From a virus (lineage: Duplodnaviria > Caudoviricetes), in IMG/VR virus record IMGVR_UViG_3300033463_006479, positions 32,001 through 96,000 of that record: a stretch of 64,000 bases of DNA. One strand, 5' to 3'. The notes beneath the pieces were generated by a model. The model ran no database searches and was not told the origin of the DNA. It saw only the letters and a program-made list of their open reading frames with translations. The position numbers and the translations under genes are program-made. Shown here piece by piece: positions 63,868 to 64,000 of the stretch; within the stretch, counting starts at the first letter, position 1, and each line of letters opens with the position of its first letter.

Positions 63868-64000
63868 TAGAACAATGCTTTTGATTTTATTCTTGATGCT
63901 ATATAGTTTTCGGCTTCCTCGTAATTGATGTTGTTTATCCAGTTCTCTGCCTTTTTGAACATATCGCCGTCTTTTTCGCAACCTATGAAATTGCGGCCTA

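Noticed and set aside
1-64000. Alternative genetic code (TAG or TGA recoding, as in Lak and some crAss-like phages)
   Set aside because: Capsid, portal, cas and other genes are full length in code 11, and TAG and TGA end genes at sensible positions
1-64000. tRNA or rRNA genes
   Set aside because: None recognised; intergenic gaps are short and explained by promoters and terminators

Overview
This is a 64-kb segment of a large T4-like (myovirus-type) phage genome in the standard genetic code. The host is probably a Bacteroidota, judged from TAnnTTTG promoters, a Bacteroidetes-type boxA and a Cas-lambda system. Core virion genes are scattered and driven by T4-type late promoters (TATAAATA): major capsid 10367-12169, gp26/gp51-like baseplate hub genes, tail tube 40724-41284 and portal 52094-53788. 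About 44 genes share one N-terminal tag, M-x-I-L-x(4)-Y-I-x-E|K-L-x-I-x-P-(V/I)-(T/S)-K-x-R-L. The tag is fused to interchangeable cargo: 15 DUF285/BspA-like repeat proteins, 14 intact 22-aa LRR proteins (13 in tandem), FISUMP domains and at least two unrecognised domains. It also recurs inside multi-domain ORFs. I infer a capsid-targeting/prohead-protease signal that builds a modular, partly polyprotein, virion-packaged arsenal. The window also holds a Cas-lambda-like type V effector with a 27-repeat CRISPR array and no cas1/cas2, flanked by two DNA methyltransferases and a DUF262-HNH nuclease. Three tnpB-only insertion elements have terminal inverted repeats and internal late promoters, and two of them have a covarying kissing-loop RNA leader. 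Two homing-endonuclease-like genes, an S1-domain protein and an HTH/RNAP-alpha-CTD regulator are also present. All family calls come from motif recognition by eye; no database searches were run.
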